Below, in pieces: positions 1-8,338 of a stretch of 64,000 nt of DNA. How positions within the stretch are numbered: position 1 is the stretch's first letter; each line of letters opens with the position of its first letter. The notes beneath the pieces were generated by a model. That model was not told the DNA's origin, did not search any database, and worked only from the letters and a program-made list of their open reading frames with translations. The position numbers and the translations under genes were made by a program. Origin of the DNA: a virus; IMG/VR virus record IMGVR_UViG_3300021478_000216, positions 1 to 64,000 of that record. One strand, 5' to 3'.

Positions 1-265
1 TTACTATCACTAGTTTCCAGCTGTTGGCTGGGAGTTCAGGGTTGTACTTAACAGGGACTCGAAACTGGTTTTCGGGACCCCTTGGAACTGAGATGAACGA
101 TTGGTAGTCGTTTAGGTCAGGATCTGTCCATAGCATGTATCGGAGTCTAGGGTGCAGCTCTAGACGTAGACCTGTTGGAAGCCTAGTTTCCCAAAGGTAT
201 GATGGACCATATCGGTCGACTAGATCCTGGTAGATCTTCTTGACTAGATCGGTACCTATTGACAT
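1..265 (-). CDS. hypothetical protein, runs off the window edge
   Basis: Hand translation from ATG at 265 (GGAGG 7-8 nt upstream): MSIGTDLVKKIYQDLVDRYGPSYLWETRLPTG...NSWKLVIV, open to position 1; absent from the ORF track because it has no stop. Confidence 0.65.
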   Translation of the reverse strand, partial: MSIGTDLVKKIYQDLVDRYGPSYLWETRLPTGLRLELHPRLRYMLWTDPDLNDYQSFISVPRGPENQFRVPVKYNPELPANSWKLVIV

Positions 266-269
266 AGTT

Positions 270-347
270 CTAACCTCCAAGGCCCTGTCCGAGCCGGCCG
301 CAGATAGGCTTGTGACCTTCCGACTCGGACAGGACGTTGAGGGTTAG
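270..347 (-). promoter_or_regulatory. long intergenic stem-loop (GUCCUG...CAGGGC family; RNase III-like processing site candidate)
   Basis: Minus strand CTAACCCTCAA-C-GTCCTGTCCGAGTCGG...CCGGCTCGGACAGGGC-C-TTGGAGGTTAG; the 3' arm contains the GGAGG RBS of the downstream gene. Confidence 0.6.
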
Positions 348-520
348 ACCTCGCCGAGGCGCTTGTTGCATTCGTCTCGTAGGTCCCGAACTTCCTGCTC
401 TGACAAGGCGACCTCGATATAAGCGATCATGCCTCCATCATCCTGAATCTTTCGGATGACGAGTATGCCAGCCTTACTTCCATCTAGGGCTGCTCCGCTG
501 AATCTAGCGAAGGTCTTCAT
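344..520 (-). CDS. hypothetical protein (58 aa, MKTFARF...)
   Basis: ATG at 520 overlaps the stop of the upstream gene; the longer track ORF overlaps the glycoside hydrolase. Confidence 0.55.
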   Translation of the reverse strand: MKTFARFSGAALDGSKAGILVIRKIQDDGGMIAYIEVALSEQEVRDLRDECNKRLGEV

Positions 521-1683
521 GTAGCCGCCACTATGAACGCGTTGAGCGCCTGTGTCTTCGGGACACCGTTGCTGTCGAAGAGACCGAATAGGCCTCCGTC
601 GTACGAGTTGTCCCACCAGGAGAAGATGAACAGCGGTCCTGCCCACGACCACGTGCGTGCCTTCTGGAAGGCTTGCGTGATAGATTCAGCCTCGAACGCA
701 GTGCCGTACTGGTCCGTCGGCGCTCCGAACTCGGTGAGCCAGATCTGCTTGTTGCCGTCGCCATGGGACACCATGATCTGGTGCATTTGGGGCAGGTAAG
801 CCCAAGGGTTCCAGGAGTCGTTCGTCTGGCTGGGCAGGTCTGGGAAGCTGTAGGGATGGGTGTTCATCCCGTCGAAGTATCCCTGCGCACCGTCTGCGTA
901 CATGTCCTGGAGATAAGGGATCGGTTCAGGGTTCCCGGGGCCTAGTCCTCCTACTAGGACTACTGCTGTAGGCTCCATAGACTTGATCGTAGTGTATGAG
1001 GCCTTCAGGATGGCAGTGTACTCCGCTGCTGAGATTCCTCTCAGGTTCGGTTCGTTGATTATCTCGTATACGTGGACGCCTAGTGGCCAGAGTGTCTGGA
1101 CATCCGCTGTGGCGTTGGATGATGTGTCGGATGGGTTGCTACCGTTAACGATGGCTTCGACGCTGATTCCAGCTGCGATGAGTTGCTTGACGACCCCTGC
1201 GTGAGAGTTTCCGCCTGCATCCATGCGCCACCACTTGACGCCGTCGGTCTTCATCATCTGAATGATGCTGGCTTGTTGACTTGACGACATGTTGTCTAGA
1301 GTATCCTGGAAGCCTCCTCCAGGACTAATACTTGCTGGGACTCCTGTGATAGAGCCCGAAGTAGACGGAGGTGTAGTAGTTGTCTGAGTTACCGACGACG
1401 GGACAGTAGTGGTTGGTGTAGTCGTCGTCGGAGTTGTAACGATCGGTGTAGTAACGGTAGGCGTCGGAGTAGGCGTTGGAGTCGCGCAGGGCTCTTCGGT
1501 GTGTCGGATATGTGGCGTACTCGAGTGATGGTGTGTACGGGTAGGCGTTGATGATGCGACTACTAGGTGTGTTGCTGTAGGAGACTGTGAACTAGGGTTA
1601 CTGCCTCCTACCAGCACCAGACTTATGCCTGTTGCTGTCAGAGCTCCTATTGCCGTTCCGAATGTTCGGATCGGTGGTCGCAT
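517..1683 (-). CDS. secreted clan-A glycoside hydrolase (GH39/GH5-like) with Pro/Thr linker
   Basis: N-terminal hydrophobic signal, PT/T-rich linker, acid/base motif INEPN, HPY, nucleophile motif WLTEFG, C-terminal FGL. Confidence 0.8.
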   Translation of the reverse strand: MRPPIRTFGTAIGALTATGISLVLVGGSNPSSQSPTATHLVVASSTPTRTHHHSSTPHIRHTEEPCATPTPTPTPTVTTPIVTTPTTTTPTTTVPSSVTQTTTTPPSTSGSITGVPASISPGGGFQDTLDNMSSSQQASIIQMMKTDGVKWWRMDAGGNSHAGVVKQLIAAGISVEAIVNGSNPSDTSSNATADVQTLWPLGVHVYEIINEPNLRGISAAEYTAILKASYTTIKSMEPTAVVLVGGLGPGNPEPIPYLQDMYADGAQGYFDGMNTHPYSFPDLPSQTNDSWNPWAYLPQMHQIMVSHGDGNKQIWLTEFGAPTDQYGTAFEAESITQAFQKARTWSWAGPLFIFSWWDNSYDGGLFGLFDSNGVPKTQALNAFIVAAT

Positions 1684-1994
1684 TGCGACCTCTCTTTCTC
1701 TTGGGATCCGCTCCCCAAGTCTTTGCGAACATGGTGGCTCGGATTACTTCGGCCGCTGCCGGGAGGCTTTCGACCTTCTTCAATCGGTCCGCCCGCGTCC
1801 TTGTACGTTATTCCTCGGAGGAAGTAGCTGACGGATGGTCGAGATATCCTGTACATCTTCGCTATCCATGCCATAGGTATGTCGTATTCAGCTCTGATGA
1901 TGCGGGCTGCCCTGACTTCAGCGTCCGTCATTGCGGCGTTGTTGTTGTTTTCACCGCGCTGGTAGCTAGAGTTATTATACGGCACCGGAATCAT
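1647..1994 (-). CDS. helix-turn-helix DNA-binding protein
   Basis: GENNNNAAMTDAEVRAAR...IAKMYRISRPSVSY resembles the HTH tail found on phage HNH nucleases. Confidence 0.55.
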   Translation of the reverse strand: MIPVPYNNSSYQRGENNNNAAMTDAEVRAARIIRAEYDIPMAWIAKMYRISRPSVSYFLRGITYKDAGGPIEEGRKPPGSGRSNPSHHVRKDLGSGSQEKERSQCDHRSEHSERQ

Positions 1995-2385
1995 CTAGGT
2001 TTTCGGGTTTCGGGGGATTACGCCGCTTTCCTGTGAGTGATTGTTGCGGGAAGAAGCTATAGGGATCGTGTGGGATTCCATAGCGTGCAGTCGAGCCTGA
2101 TTGATCTGCGGCGTCGGTATCCCAGCATTGCACTGTTCTGAAGCCTATTCCATGACGACGATGCCTTGTGTACATCAAGGTCATGATAGTTATGAATGTT
2201 AGGGCTAGATACATCGTAAGGGTCTGAAGTATTCCTATGGTGAGAAAGAACCAGACCGTAATGATACATGCTAGTATGATGATTGGTATAGCTAGGACTA
2301 CTAGTCCCATACCTAGTAGCATATGCTTACTGGGGGACAAATCGTCCCACGGACTGTTTCTGTGTTGAGGAAGTCTGTGTCTCAT
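1975..2385 (-). CDS. membrane protein
   Basis: Two long hydrophobic segments; overlaps neighbours in operon fashion. Confidence 0.6.
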   Translation of the reverse strand: MRHRLPQHRNSPWDDLSPSKHMLLGMGLVVLAIPIIILACIITVWFFLTIGILQTLTMYLALTFITIMTLMYTRHRRHGIGFRTVQCWDTDAADQSGSTARYGIPHDPYSFFPQQSLTGKRRNPPKPENLDDSGAV

Positions 2386-2582
2386 TGGCGTGGATTCTTC
2401 CAGTCTCTAGAAGTAACGAAAGATGCTCTCGTGGATAGCATTGTAAGTGTTCCGAAGACTCCTACCCAGAACCAGTTCTTGACGGATATGTTTTCTAGAA
2501 GGAGGTATGAAGAGACGAACTGTAGGATTATGTAGCGTCCTAGTCTAAGTATCAGTTCCTGAGTTGTTAGGCGCTGAGACAT
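2382..2582 (-). CDS. small membrane protein
   Basis: Two hydrophobic stretches; 4-bp overlap with the next gene. Confidence 0.55.
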   Translation of the reverse strand: MSQRLTTQELILRLGRYIILQFVSSYLLLENISVKNWFWVGVFGTLTMLSTRASFVTSRDWKNPRQ

Positions 2583-2811
2583 ATGATACCTCCTCTATGG
2601 CTTCTCCTGTAGCTGGGCAGATCCAGATGATTGTGAGTCGAAGATCTACGTATCGGAACCCGAAACCTAGCTGGTGCGGGCCGACGTAGGGATGGACTCC
2701 GCAACAGTGCGAGCATCTGATTCCATGAGACTTAGGTAGCGCTCTTTTGTGCTGACTTCCCTTAGCGTTTAGGTAGTCAGCCCACGGGAGACCTGTCTTA
2801 TTCCGGTACAT
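2545..2811 (-). CDS. putative zinc-ribbon protein
   Basis: CSHCC...WICPATG Cys pattern. Confidence 0.5.
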   Translation of the reverse strand: MYRNKTGLPWADYLNAKGSQHKRALPKSHGIRCSHCCGVHPYVGPHQLGFGFRYVDLRLTIIWICPATGEAIEEVSYVSAPNNSGTDT

Positions 2812-3001
2812 ATCCTGAAGGACTATTAGTAGCTAGCTGTGCCTTAGCGGTCTCTGCAGCTGCGACACCGTTTAGGGCCCCGAGGGTCGATTCTGCCGTG
2901 GTCTTAGCCTTAAGGCGCACTGTCCAGACCTCGTTCGAGTCTTCTAGGTATTCGAGGACTTCGACTCGAAAGGTCCTCTTAATTCCGTCACCGTCAGGCA
3001 T
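2798..3001 (-). CDS. hypothetical protein
   Basis: Tightly packed in the minus-strand operon. Confidence 0.55.
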   Translation of the reverse strand: MPDGDGIKRTFRVEVLEYLEDSNEVWTVRLKAKTTAESTLGALNGVAAAETAKAQLATNSPSGYVPE

Positions 3002-3165
3002 TATCGAGTCTCCAGTCCGTATTCTCTTAGTAGGTCGTCTAGTGCGTCTTCGAGGTCGGCGCGAAGGTCGTCTATGAGACCATAGATCTCGGATGGTTTA
3101 GCACGTTCGACTGAGTCCTCGAAGTCTCTGAGGAGCGTGTCGATCTTCGGGATCCTTACTGACAC
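3001..3165 (-). CDS. small acidic helical protein (54 aa)
   Basis: Hand translation from GTG 3165: MSVRIPKIDTLLRDFEDSVERAKPSEIYGLIDDLRADLEDALDDLLREYGLETR; fills the gap between track ORFs. Confidence 0.6.
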   Translation of the reverse strand: MSVRIPKIDTLLRDFEDSVERAKPSEIYGLIDDLRADLEDALDDLLREYGLETR

Positions 3166-3167
3166 CT

Positions 3168-3494
3168 TCAGGGCCTTTCGGTGTTAGTGTTGCCTAGTTC
3201 AGTACCTTCGAAGTTAAGATCTGCGAGGATAGTCGATTTTATACTCATGTAGCCTATTCGCTTAGTCCCGATAGCAGGCATCTGCCACCGTGTCATGTCT
3301 GTTTCAGCCATTTCAGCGTCTTCGTATACGTATTCGAGAAGGCGTAGTATCCTAACTGGCTTGCTTGGGGCTTCTCGTTCGGCCCCCAGCTCCATACCTG
3401 CATCGAATGCGTTATGGAGGTCATCTTCTGTGAGCTCGTGATAGTGCGGACCGTCTTCGCTGTTTCGCCAGTGTTCAAAGTTCTGGTGCACCAT
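3168..3494 (-). CDS. hypothetical protein
   Basis: Likely start MVHQNF at 3494; acidic globular composition. Confidence 0.55.
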   Translation of the reverse strand: MVHQNFEHWRNSEDGPHYHELTEDDLHNAFDAGMELGAEREAPSKPVRILRLLEYVYEDAEMAETDMTRWQMPAIGTKRIGYMSIKSTILADLNFEGTELGNTNTERP

Positions 3495-3732
3495 CTTCGG
3501 GACCTTTCGGTGGTAGCTTGCCTTTAGTTCGTAGTAGTTCGTCAGCTTCCTCGACGTTAATGACTCTACGGCCGCAGTCGCAGTACTTCCAGTCCAGTAC
3601 ACCCTTTTTCATCCATCCGTAGACTTGAGGTGCATATACGTCTCGGACTTTAGCGTACTGAACGGGTGTCATCCATTCAGAGCCTTCGTTATCGAAGGCC
3701 ATCATTTCCTTGATCAGGTCGTCAGTGTTCAC
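3475..3732 (-). CDS. HTH/excisionase-like DNA-binding protein
   Basis: MTPVQYAKVRDVYAPQVYGWMKKG plus CDCG; shares the [ST]PV...PxQVYG-like pattern with 60655..61260. Confidence 0.6.
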   Translation of the reverse strand: MNTDDLIKEMMAFDNEGSEWMTPVQYAKVRDVYAPQVYGWMKKGVLDWKYCDCGRRVINVEEADELLRTKGKLPPKGPEDGAPEL

Positions 3733-4111
3733 GGAGTTGTCGCAGGAATTCGCGTGTCTCTTCGTCCTGGCGGTACATGTATGCTCGAGTTTCGGCTTCT
3801 GGACTGTATAGTGGCCCTGTAACCTTGAGGTCTGTTATAGTGACAGGCCTAGGCGCTTCTAGCGTAACCGTTGAAGGACTGTCAGGCCACTCGTGGTAGT
3901 ACGCTTCGCTAGCAACCCAAGGGTCGGGCTGGTATACAGTGTCTGGTAGGTAGATAGGGGCTGCATACTTAACGTTGTCCCATTCGTCCTTCCATTCACG
4001 GAGTTCTGCGAGACGCATTTGCTCGTTGAACCATTTCCCGAAAAGGAATCCGAGACCTATTAGGATAGCTGATACTATGAGTACTATGCCTGCTATTTGA
4101 AGGTGGCTCAT
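3722..4111 (-). CDS. single-pass membrane protein
   Basis: N-terminal TM helix. Confidence 0.6.
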   Translation of the reverse strand: MSHLQIAGIVLIVSAILIGLGFLFGKWFNEQMRLAELREWKDEWDNVKYAAPIYLPDTVYQPDPWVASEAYYHEWPDSPSTVTLEAPRPVTITDLKVTGPLYSPEAETRAYMYRQDEETREFLRQLREH

Positions 4112-4120
4112 GTCGTTGCC

Positions 4121-4906
4121 TTATGAGATGGCGTAGAACGCTGTAGGTGACCAGCTTCCGCCGTAGGAGTGGAATCCTACTGACGTACCTGGTTGTTGTG
4201 CTCCGAAGGTCTCGCCCGGCTTAACGTACAGCTCGACATGACCAGAGCCAAAGAAGGCTAGGTCGCCAGGCTGTGGATTACTCGTCGGGACTAGGAGTCC
4301 CGATGATGTGCCCTGTCCTAGCATCGAGTAGGTATCCCTAGGCATGTTAGATATTCCGATCTGCAGTGCGGACCAGTAAACTAGTCCTGAACAGTCGAAA
4401 CCTCCTGGAGATGCTCCGCCGTAGACGTACGGGACGCCCTGCTGAGTCTCAGCTTCTGCTAGAAGCCTGCTAGCTAGTGACCCGTTAGTCGGTGGAGGAG
4501 CGTAAGTATATGTGACGGTCGGAGTAGGAGTCGGAGCTGCTGGCGCCGTATACGTCGGAGATCCTGACGGTCTCGGCGTATACCTCGGCGTGCTGCTTTT
4601 ATGCGTAGCCGCAGTATGCGTGATCGTCGGTTGAGCTGGCTGGGCGAATTCATCTGACAGCAGTTTCCGGATCTCTTGCTGAGAGTAGGACGGTACCTGA
4701 GCTGCTGTTGCTTGCGACTTAGGCTTATGGACGATCATGTCTGCTGCTTGTGCAGGAGATGAGCTGCCGAAGCTGACTATTGCCCAAGTAGCTAGGCTTG
4801 TAAAGGTAGTGACGATGACTAGGGCGCCTGTAAGCAGGCGGCGTTGCCGCCGACGACAGTGAGGACACGGTCGCCGGCGGTTCCGCCTGCTGCTATTAGC
4901 AGCCAT
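4121..4906 (-). CDS. secreted NlpC/P60 peptidoglycan endopeptidase
   Basis: GVPYVYGGASPGGFDCSGLV, PGDLAFF, GHVELY; signal peptide and Pro/Thr linker. Confidence 0.9.
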   Translation of the reverse strand: MAANSSRRNRRRPCPHCRRRQRRLLTGALVIVTTFTSLATWAIVSFGSSSPAQAADMIVHKPKSQATAAQVPSYSQQEIRKLLSDEFAQPAQPTITHTAATHKSSTPRYTPRPSGSPTYTAPAAPTPTPTVTYTYAPPPTNGSLASRLLAEAETQQGVPYVYGGASPGGFDCSGLVYWSALQIGISNMPRDTYSMLGQGTSSGLLVPTSNPQPGDLAFFGSGHVELYVKPGETFGAQQPGTSVGFHSYGGSWSPTAFYAIS

Positions 4907-5453
4907 CGTACGGGGTCCACGGGGAGTAGCCCCAGAGCTTGACCGCTGCCCAGAAGATCGAGGTCTGGTAGGAGGCGGAAGCGTTCCCGAAGAGGGCTCG
5001 GCTGCCTCCAGCGGCGACCCAGGTGGAGAAGCTGAACTGGTAGAGACCGTAGTGACCGGTCGAGTTCATGACCTGGGCGTTGCCGCCAGACTCGCGCGCG
5101 ATAATGCATGCCTGCATGGCGTTGCTAGGCGTTATCGGGTGCGTTAGCGCTGTAGTCAGCACAGCTGCGGTGGTCGCTTTGCTGCACTTGAACGTCAGGC
5201 GCTGACCTGAGAGGATCAGGTTCGGGCTACTTCCGATGACTGCCCGGTCCTGGCTGTAGATAGAAGACCAGCTGCTTGAGTTACCGCACATCTTCTGCGC
5301 GATCCCTGACAGTGTGTCTCCTGGTTGAACTGTGTAGTGGTAAGTTACAGCTGATGCTGCGAGTGCAGCGCCGACGGCTGCCAATCGGAGTGTAGTCCTG
5401 CGTTTTGATCGCCTGTGGACGATGCTGTCGAAGATTCGATCGATGAAACTCAT
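4896..5453 (-). CDS. LysM + Rpf-like lytic transglycosylase
   Basis: YTVQPGDTLSGIA...PNLILSGQRL (LysM); CIIARESGGN...GLYQFSFSTW...PW (Rpf/transglycosylase). Confidence 0.88.
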   Translation of the reverse strand: MSFIDRIFDSIVHRRSKRRTTLRLAAVGAALAASAVTYHYTVQPGDTLSGIAQKMCGNSSSWSSIYSQDRAVIGSSPNLILSGQRLTFKCSKATTAAVLTTALTHPITPSNAMQACIIARESGGNAQVMNSTGHYGLYQFSFSTWVAAGGSRALFGNASASYQTSIFWAAVKLWGYSPWTPYDGC

Positions 5454-5538
5454 GGATGTCTCCTAGCCTTTACGGATATGGGACACTCATGACCAGAGGG
5501 CGACCTCCTTGATATTGGAAATAGAATCGGCCATGAGC

Positions 5539-5889
5539 TTAGTGTGCTTGGTTCATGGCTTCGACTCGATTGCTTGAAACCTGTAGTTCTTCGAGCCTCT
5601 GTACGATCCAGGCTCCGACAGGTCCTCGGGTTCTGTAGTAGTGATGTCCTGCGATGTGTACGATGTCGAACTGCTCTGGAATTACCCCGAATAGGTGTCC
5701 TGTGAGGTATAGTCAGGAAGCGCCTACGAGTACCTTGCGGGTCTTGAATCCGCGTCGGAACGCTGCTGTGAGTTGTTCTTCTTCGCCTGCTAGTAGGTCC
5801 CATATGATAATACCTGCTGCACCGTAGATCCATCCGGTAGATCCGCGGCGAAGCAGGTGTGGCTTGAGCGTGACGTCATCGTCAGGCAT
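5539..5889 (-). pseudogene. membrane protein gene interrupted by an in-frame TGA (5713-5715)
   Basis: RBS + ATG 5889: MPDDDVTL...RKVLVGAS*LYLTGHLFGVIPEQFDIVH...NQAH; the frame stays open 57 codons past the TGA. Confidence 0.6.
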
Positions 5890-5908
5890 CGTTGTTCCCT
5901 TCCTGTTT

Positions 5909-6106
5909 TCAATTCAGGTGGTGTGTGAGGAACGACACTGTATGTAGTTGCTTATCGGTTCTAATTTCGATTGATAGTCTTAGGCTACTAGCTTGGTAAC
6001 GTAGCCTTCTAGTCAGTCTCGGAAAGTCCCTAGGATTGACGTTTTGAGCTGTTTTCCACGCTCCGTCGGCTGCGGATTCCTTTAGTATGTCACTGTAGTC
6101 GTCCAT
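5909..6106 (-). CDS. small putative DNA-binding protein (divergent member of the 'YxWxxxTDG' family)
   Basis: DYSDILKESAADGAWK...RDFPRLTRRLRYQA; first gene after the promoter at 6135-6164. Confidence 0.55.
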   Translation of the reverse strand: MDDYSDILKESAADGAWKTAQNVNPRDFPRLTRRLRYQASSLRLSIEIRTDKQLHTVSFLTHHLN

Positions 6107-6134
6107 CCTATCGTTATCCCTAATCTTTAATATA

Positions 6135-6171
6135 ATTTTAACATTAGTACTAGCGAATTTGCTAGAGTCTC
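6135..6171 (-). promoter_or_regulatory. sigma70/SigA-like promoter (TAGCAA-18-TAAAAT)
   Basis: AT-rich island; same architecture as the other five leftward promoters. Confidence 0.5.
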
Positions 6172-6212
6172 TCCAATAGTATTTTATTGTTATTTTTAGA
6201 TATTGTAGATCG

Positions 6213-7478
6213 TTACCACATCTGGTCCCATGCTTCTCGCTTGTAGTGTACTTCGTCGTGACAGCCGTAATCTCTGCAGTTGTGGTATCCTGAGTCGAAG
6301 CGAAGTACTTTGGGAACTAGCCGTTGCTCGAGTGTAGTCCAGTTGATGTTAGGGATCGTAGCTCGAACAGTTACTGGATCTTCTCTAGCTCTGTCCCAGT
6401 CTATGTTGAATCCGCAGTCTCGGACCTTGCTGTCTGTCCTGAATATGTTAGTTTGGATAATGAGTAGATAACTGTGAACCGTATGCTTCCACTGACCCAG
6501 TTCGGCTCCTTGATCCAGCTCACCCGAGATATCCACGTTGGTGAAGAATCCGTCGGTATTCCATCGATACACTGTACCATTGTGGGATACGGCCTGTCGC
6601 ATGGCGTCGACGAGTATCGATCTAGTTGTTCCCCGTATGTAACTTCCCAGATCTGGACGGAACGTCGGTAGCTTGGGAGATAGAAACTTTCCAGGCAAGA
6701 CACTCTGTGTCACCTTCAGGATACGTGATGTTGGTTTGTCTTCTAGAGCCTTACGAGCGTCATCTAGAGTTTGTGCGAAGTCCCCCAGTTGAGGAAACTC
6801 TAGCATCACGGAAGCGTAGGCGCTGACTAGGTCGTACTCGTGTATTGGGCCCGGGATATAGCCGCAGGCTACTGATCCGATTTCCGGTGAGGGGTCTAGA
6901 CCGTGCGAGACGATAGGTATTGTGCTCAGATCTATCTTCATGTCATGAAACAGAAAGTCTGCTATAGACGAGTTTCGGAACCATCTGTTCTGGTATGCAC
7001 GGAGTCCGACTTCGGCAAGCTCCGATCGGGCCTGATTCATGATGGCTGTAGCGTCGTCTGTTCCATAGAGTGCTGCAGTTCTTTCTAGTGACTGAAGAAA
7101 GAATGGTCGTACATCGTATATGCGGTTGGTCTTTCTGGAATCGCCTACCTGATACCAGAGTTCGCCGCCTGTGACCTGCGTACCCTCTTTGTACGTACGC
7201 ATGCATACTTTTCCCCAAGGTGTGGGTACTGGTATGCCTTCACTGAATATGATCTGCAGATTTCTGTCTGAGAATGACGCTGCCAAGTTCTTAGCTACTT
7301 GCCGGAGTTTGCCGTAGCAGACCTGCGTAGTCTCAGTGTCTGTAAAGTACGTGTTGAGTGGTGCGAACTCTAGTTGTCTCTTGGCAACTTCGCGTGCACG
7401 AGCTCGCTTCTTGGTTTCTAGGGTGTTAGTACTGCGGAACTCGATTCCGCTACTGTTCCAGTCAGCTACCTTGTCCAT
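6213..7478 (-). CDS. compact, divergent family-B DNA polymerase (protein-primed PolB-like motifs)
   Basis: ExoI-like FTDTET; motif A YDLVSAYA; motif B KVTQSVLPGKF; motif C WNTDGF; LGQWK; only 421 aa. Confidence 0.75.
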   Translation of the reverse strand: MDKVADWNSSGIEFRSTNTLETKKRARAREVAKRQLEFAPLNTYFTDTETTQVCYGKLRQVAKNLAASFSDRNLQIIFSEGIPVPTPWGKVCMRTYKEGTQVTGGELWYQVGDSRKTNRIYDVRPFFLQSLERTAALYGTDDATAIMNQARSELAEVGLRAYQNRWFRNSSIADFLFHDMKIDLSTIPIVSHGLDPSPEIGSVACGYIPGPIHEYDLVSAYASVMLEFPQLGDFAQTLDDARKALEDKPTSRILKVTQSVLPGKFLSPKLPTFRPDLGSYIRGTTRSILVDAMRQAVSHNGTVYRWNTDGFFTNVDISGELDQGAELGQWKHTVHSYLLIIQTNIFRTDSKVRDCGFNIDWDRAREDPVTVRATIPNINWTTLEQRLVPKVLRFDSGYHNCRDYGCHDEVHYKREAWDQMW

Positions 7479-7915
7479 TACGTGTCGCCGTAATCAACCT
7501 CATTCTGGGTCATTGTTCTACCTATTTTCTGGAACCATAGGTTTCTCCACCTTTGTCGCTGGTTAGAGAAACGTTCGTAGAATGCGTTCCATAGAATTTC
7601 TCGGTTCTGGTCTGAATCATCCAACAGACTTGGATCTTCTCGTGTGAGGCGCATCCATTCGAGCTCGAAGTACGGGTCGTTGAACATGACGTCGCCGTCT
7701 ACTTCGCGAACTCTTTCACGGACGATAGTTCGGAATCGAATCTTCTCGGCTTCACCTAGCGGGCTACTCGGTAGACCTAGGTTGAAGTACCGACGCATTT
7801 CTTCTTCTGACCGGTGTATAACTCTGCCACGTTCGTTTACGCGGCCTCCTCGGAGACCCCTGAACTTGTCCTTGAGTATTTCCCAGTCCGAGTCACTAAC
7901 AGGCAACCAACTCAC
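7478..7915 (-). CDS. hypothetical charged helical protein coupled to the PolB (terminal/primer-protein candidate)
   Basis: 145 aa, Arg/Glu/Trp rich; its stop overlaps the PolB start; ends ...EVDYGDT. Confidence 0.6.
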   Translation of the reverse strand: MSWLPVSDSDWEILKDKFRGLRGGRVNERGRVIHRSEEEMRRYFNLGLPSSPLGEAEKIRFRTIVRERVREVDGDVMFNDPYFELEWMRLTREDPSLLDDSDQNREILWNAFYERFSNQRQRWRNLWFQKIGRTMTQNEVDYGDT

Positions 7916-8124
7916 TACTCCACCTTGGAGAACTGGAACCAGACGACATTACCCCTGATATGTACTCTTACTGGCTGACTTCGTATTCGCGCGTGGTATC
8001 GTAGTAGTGTTCGAAAGTTCTTAGGCGTTGTGTAGAAGTCTTTACCACGGGTAGCTTTCCAGATAGTACCGTCAGTTAGTTCGTTCCAGTCGTACTTGGG
8101 AGGTCGTCCGATTCTCGGAGGCAT
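7915..8124 (-). CDS. small putative DNA-binding protein ('YxWxxxTDG' family)
   Basis: MPPRIGRPPKYDWNELTDGTIWKATRGKDF...VWFQFSK; clear paralog of 9423..9680. Confidence 0.7.
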   Translation of the reverse strand: MPPRIGRPPKYDWNELTDGTIWKATRGKDFYTTPKNFRTLLRYHARIRSQPVRVHIRGNVVWFQFSKVE

Positions 8125-8125
8125 A

Positions 8126-8338
8126 TCATGGCATGAGGCTAAATGGGTCGCTAGACATTGATCTAGCGCAGACGCCATAGAAGACGGTATGAAAACCGAG
8201 AAGGTTGTAGCCATGGTAGTAAATCGGGTGTGAATGAACCCATCCGTTAGGGTCGTCCGTCCAGCCTGCGTCGAGGATCGGTGGTCCACAGATTGGGCAC
8301 CTTCCGACGATATGTCTGATATAAACAGGTGTCTTCAT
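8126..8338 (-). CDS. small Cys/His protein
   Basis: CPIC, HSH, C; fills the gap between the helicase and the next gene. Confidence 0.45.
   Translation of the reverse strand: MKTPVYIRHIVGRCPICGPPILDAGWTDDPNGWVHSHPIYYHGYNLLGFHTVFYGVCARSMSSDPFSLMP

Noticed and set aside
5450-5833. 127-aa Arg-rich track ORF
   Set aside because: Alternative frame of the TGA-interrupted membrane gene, which has the RBS and a protein-like composition.
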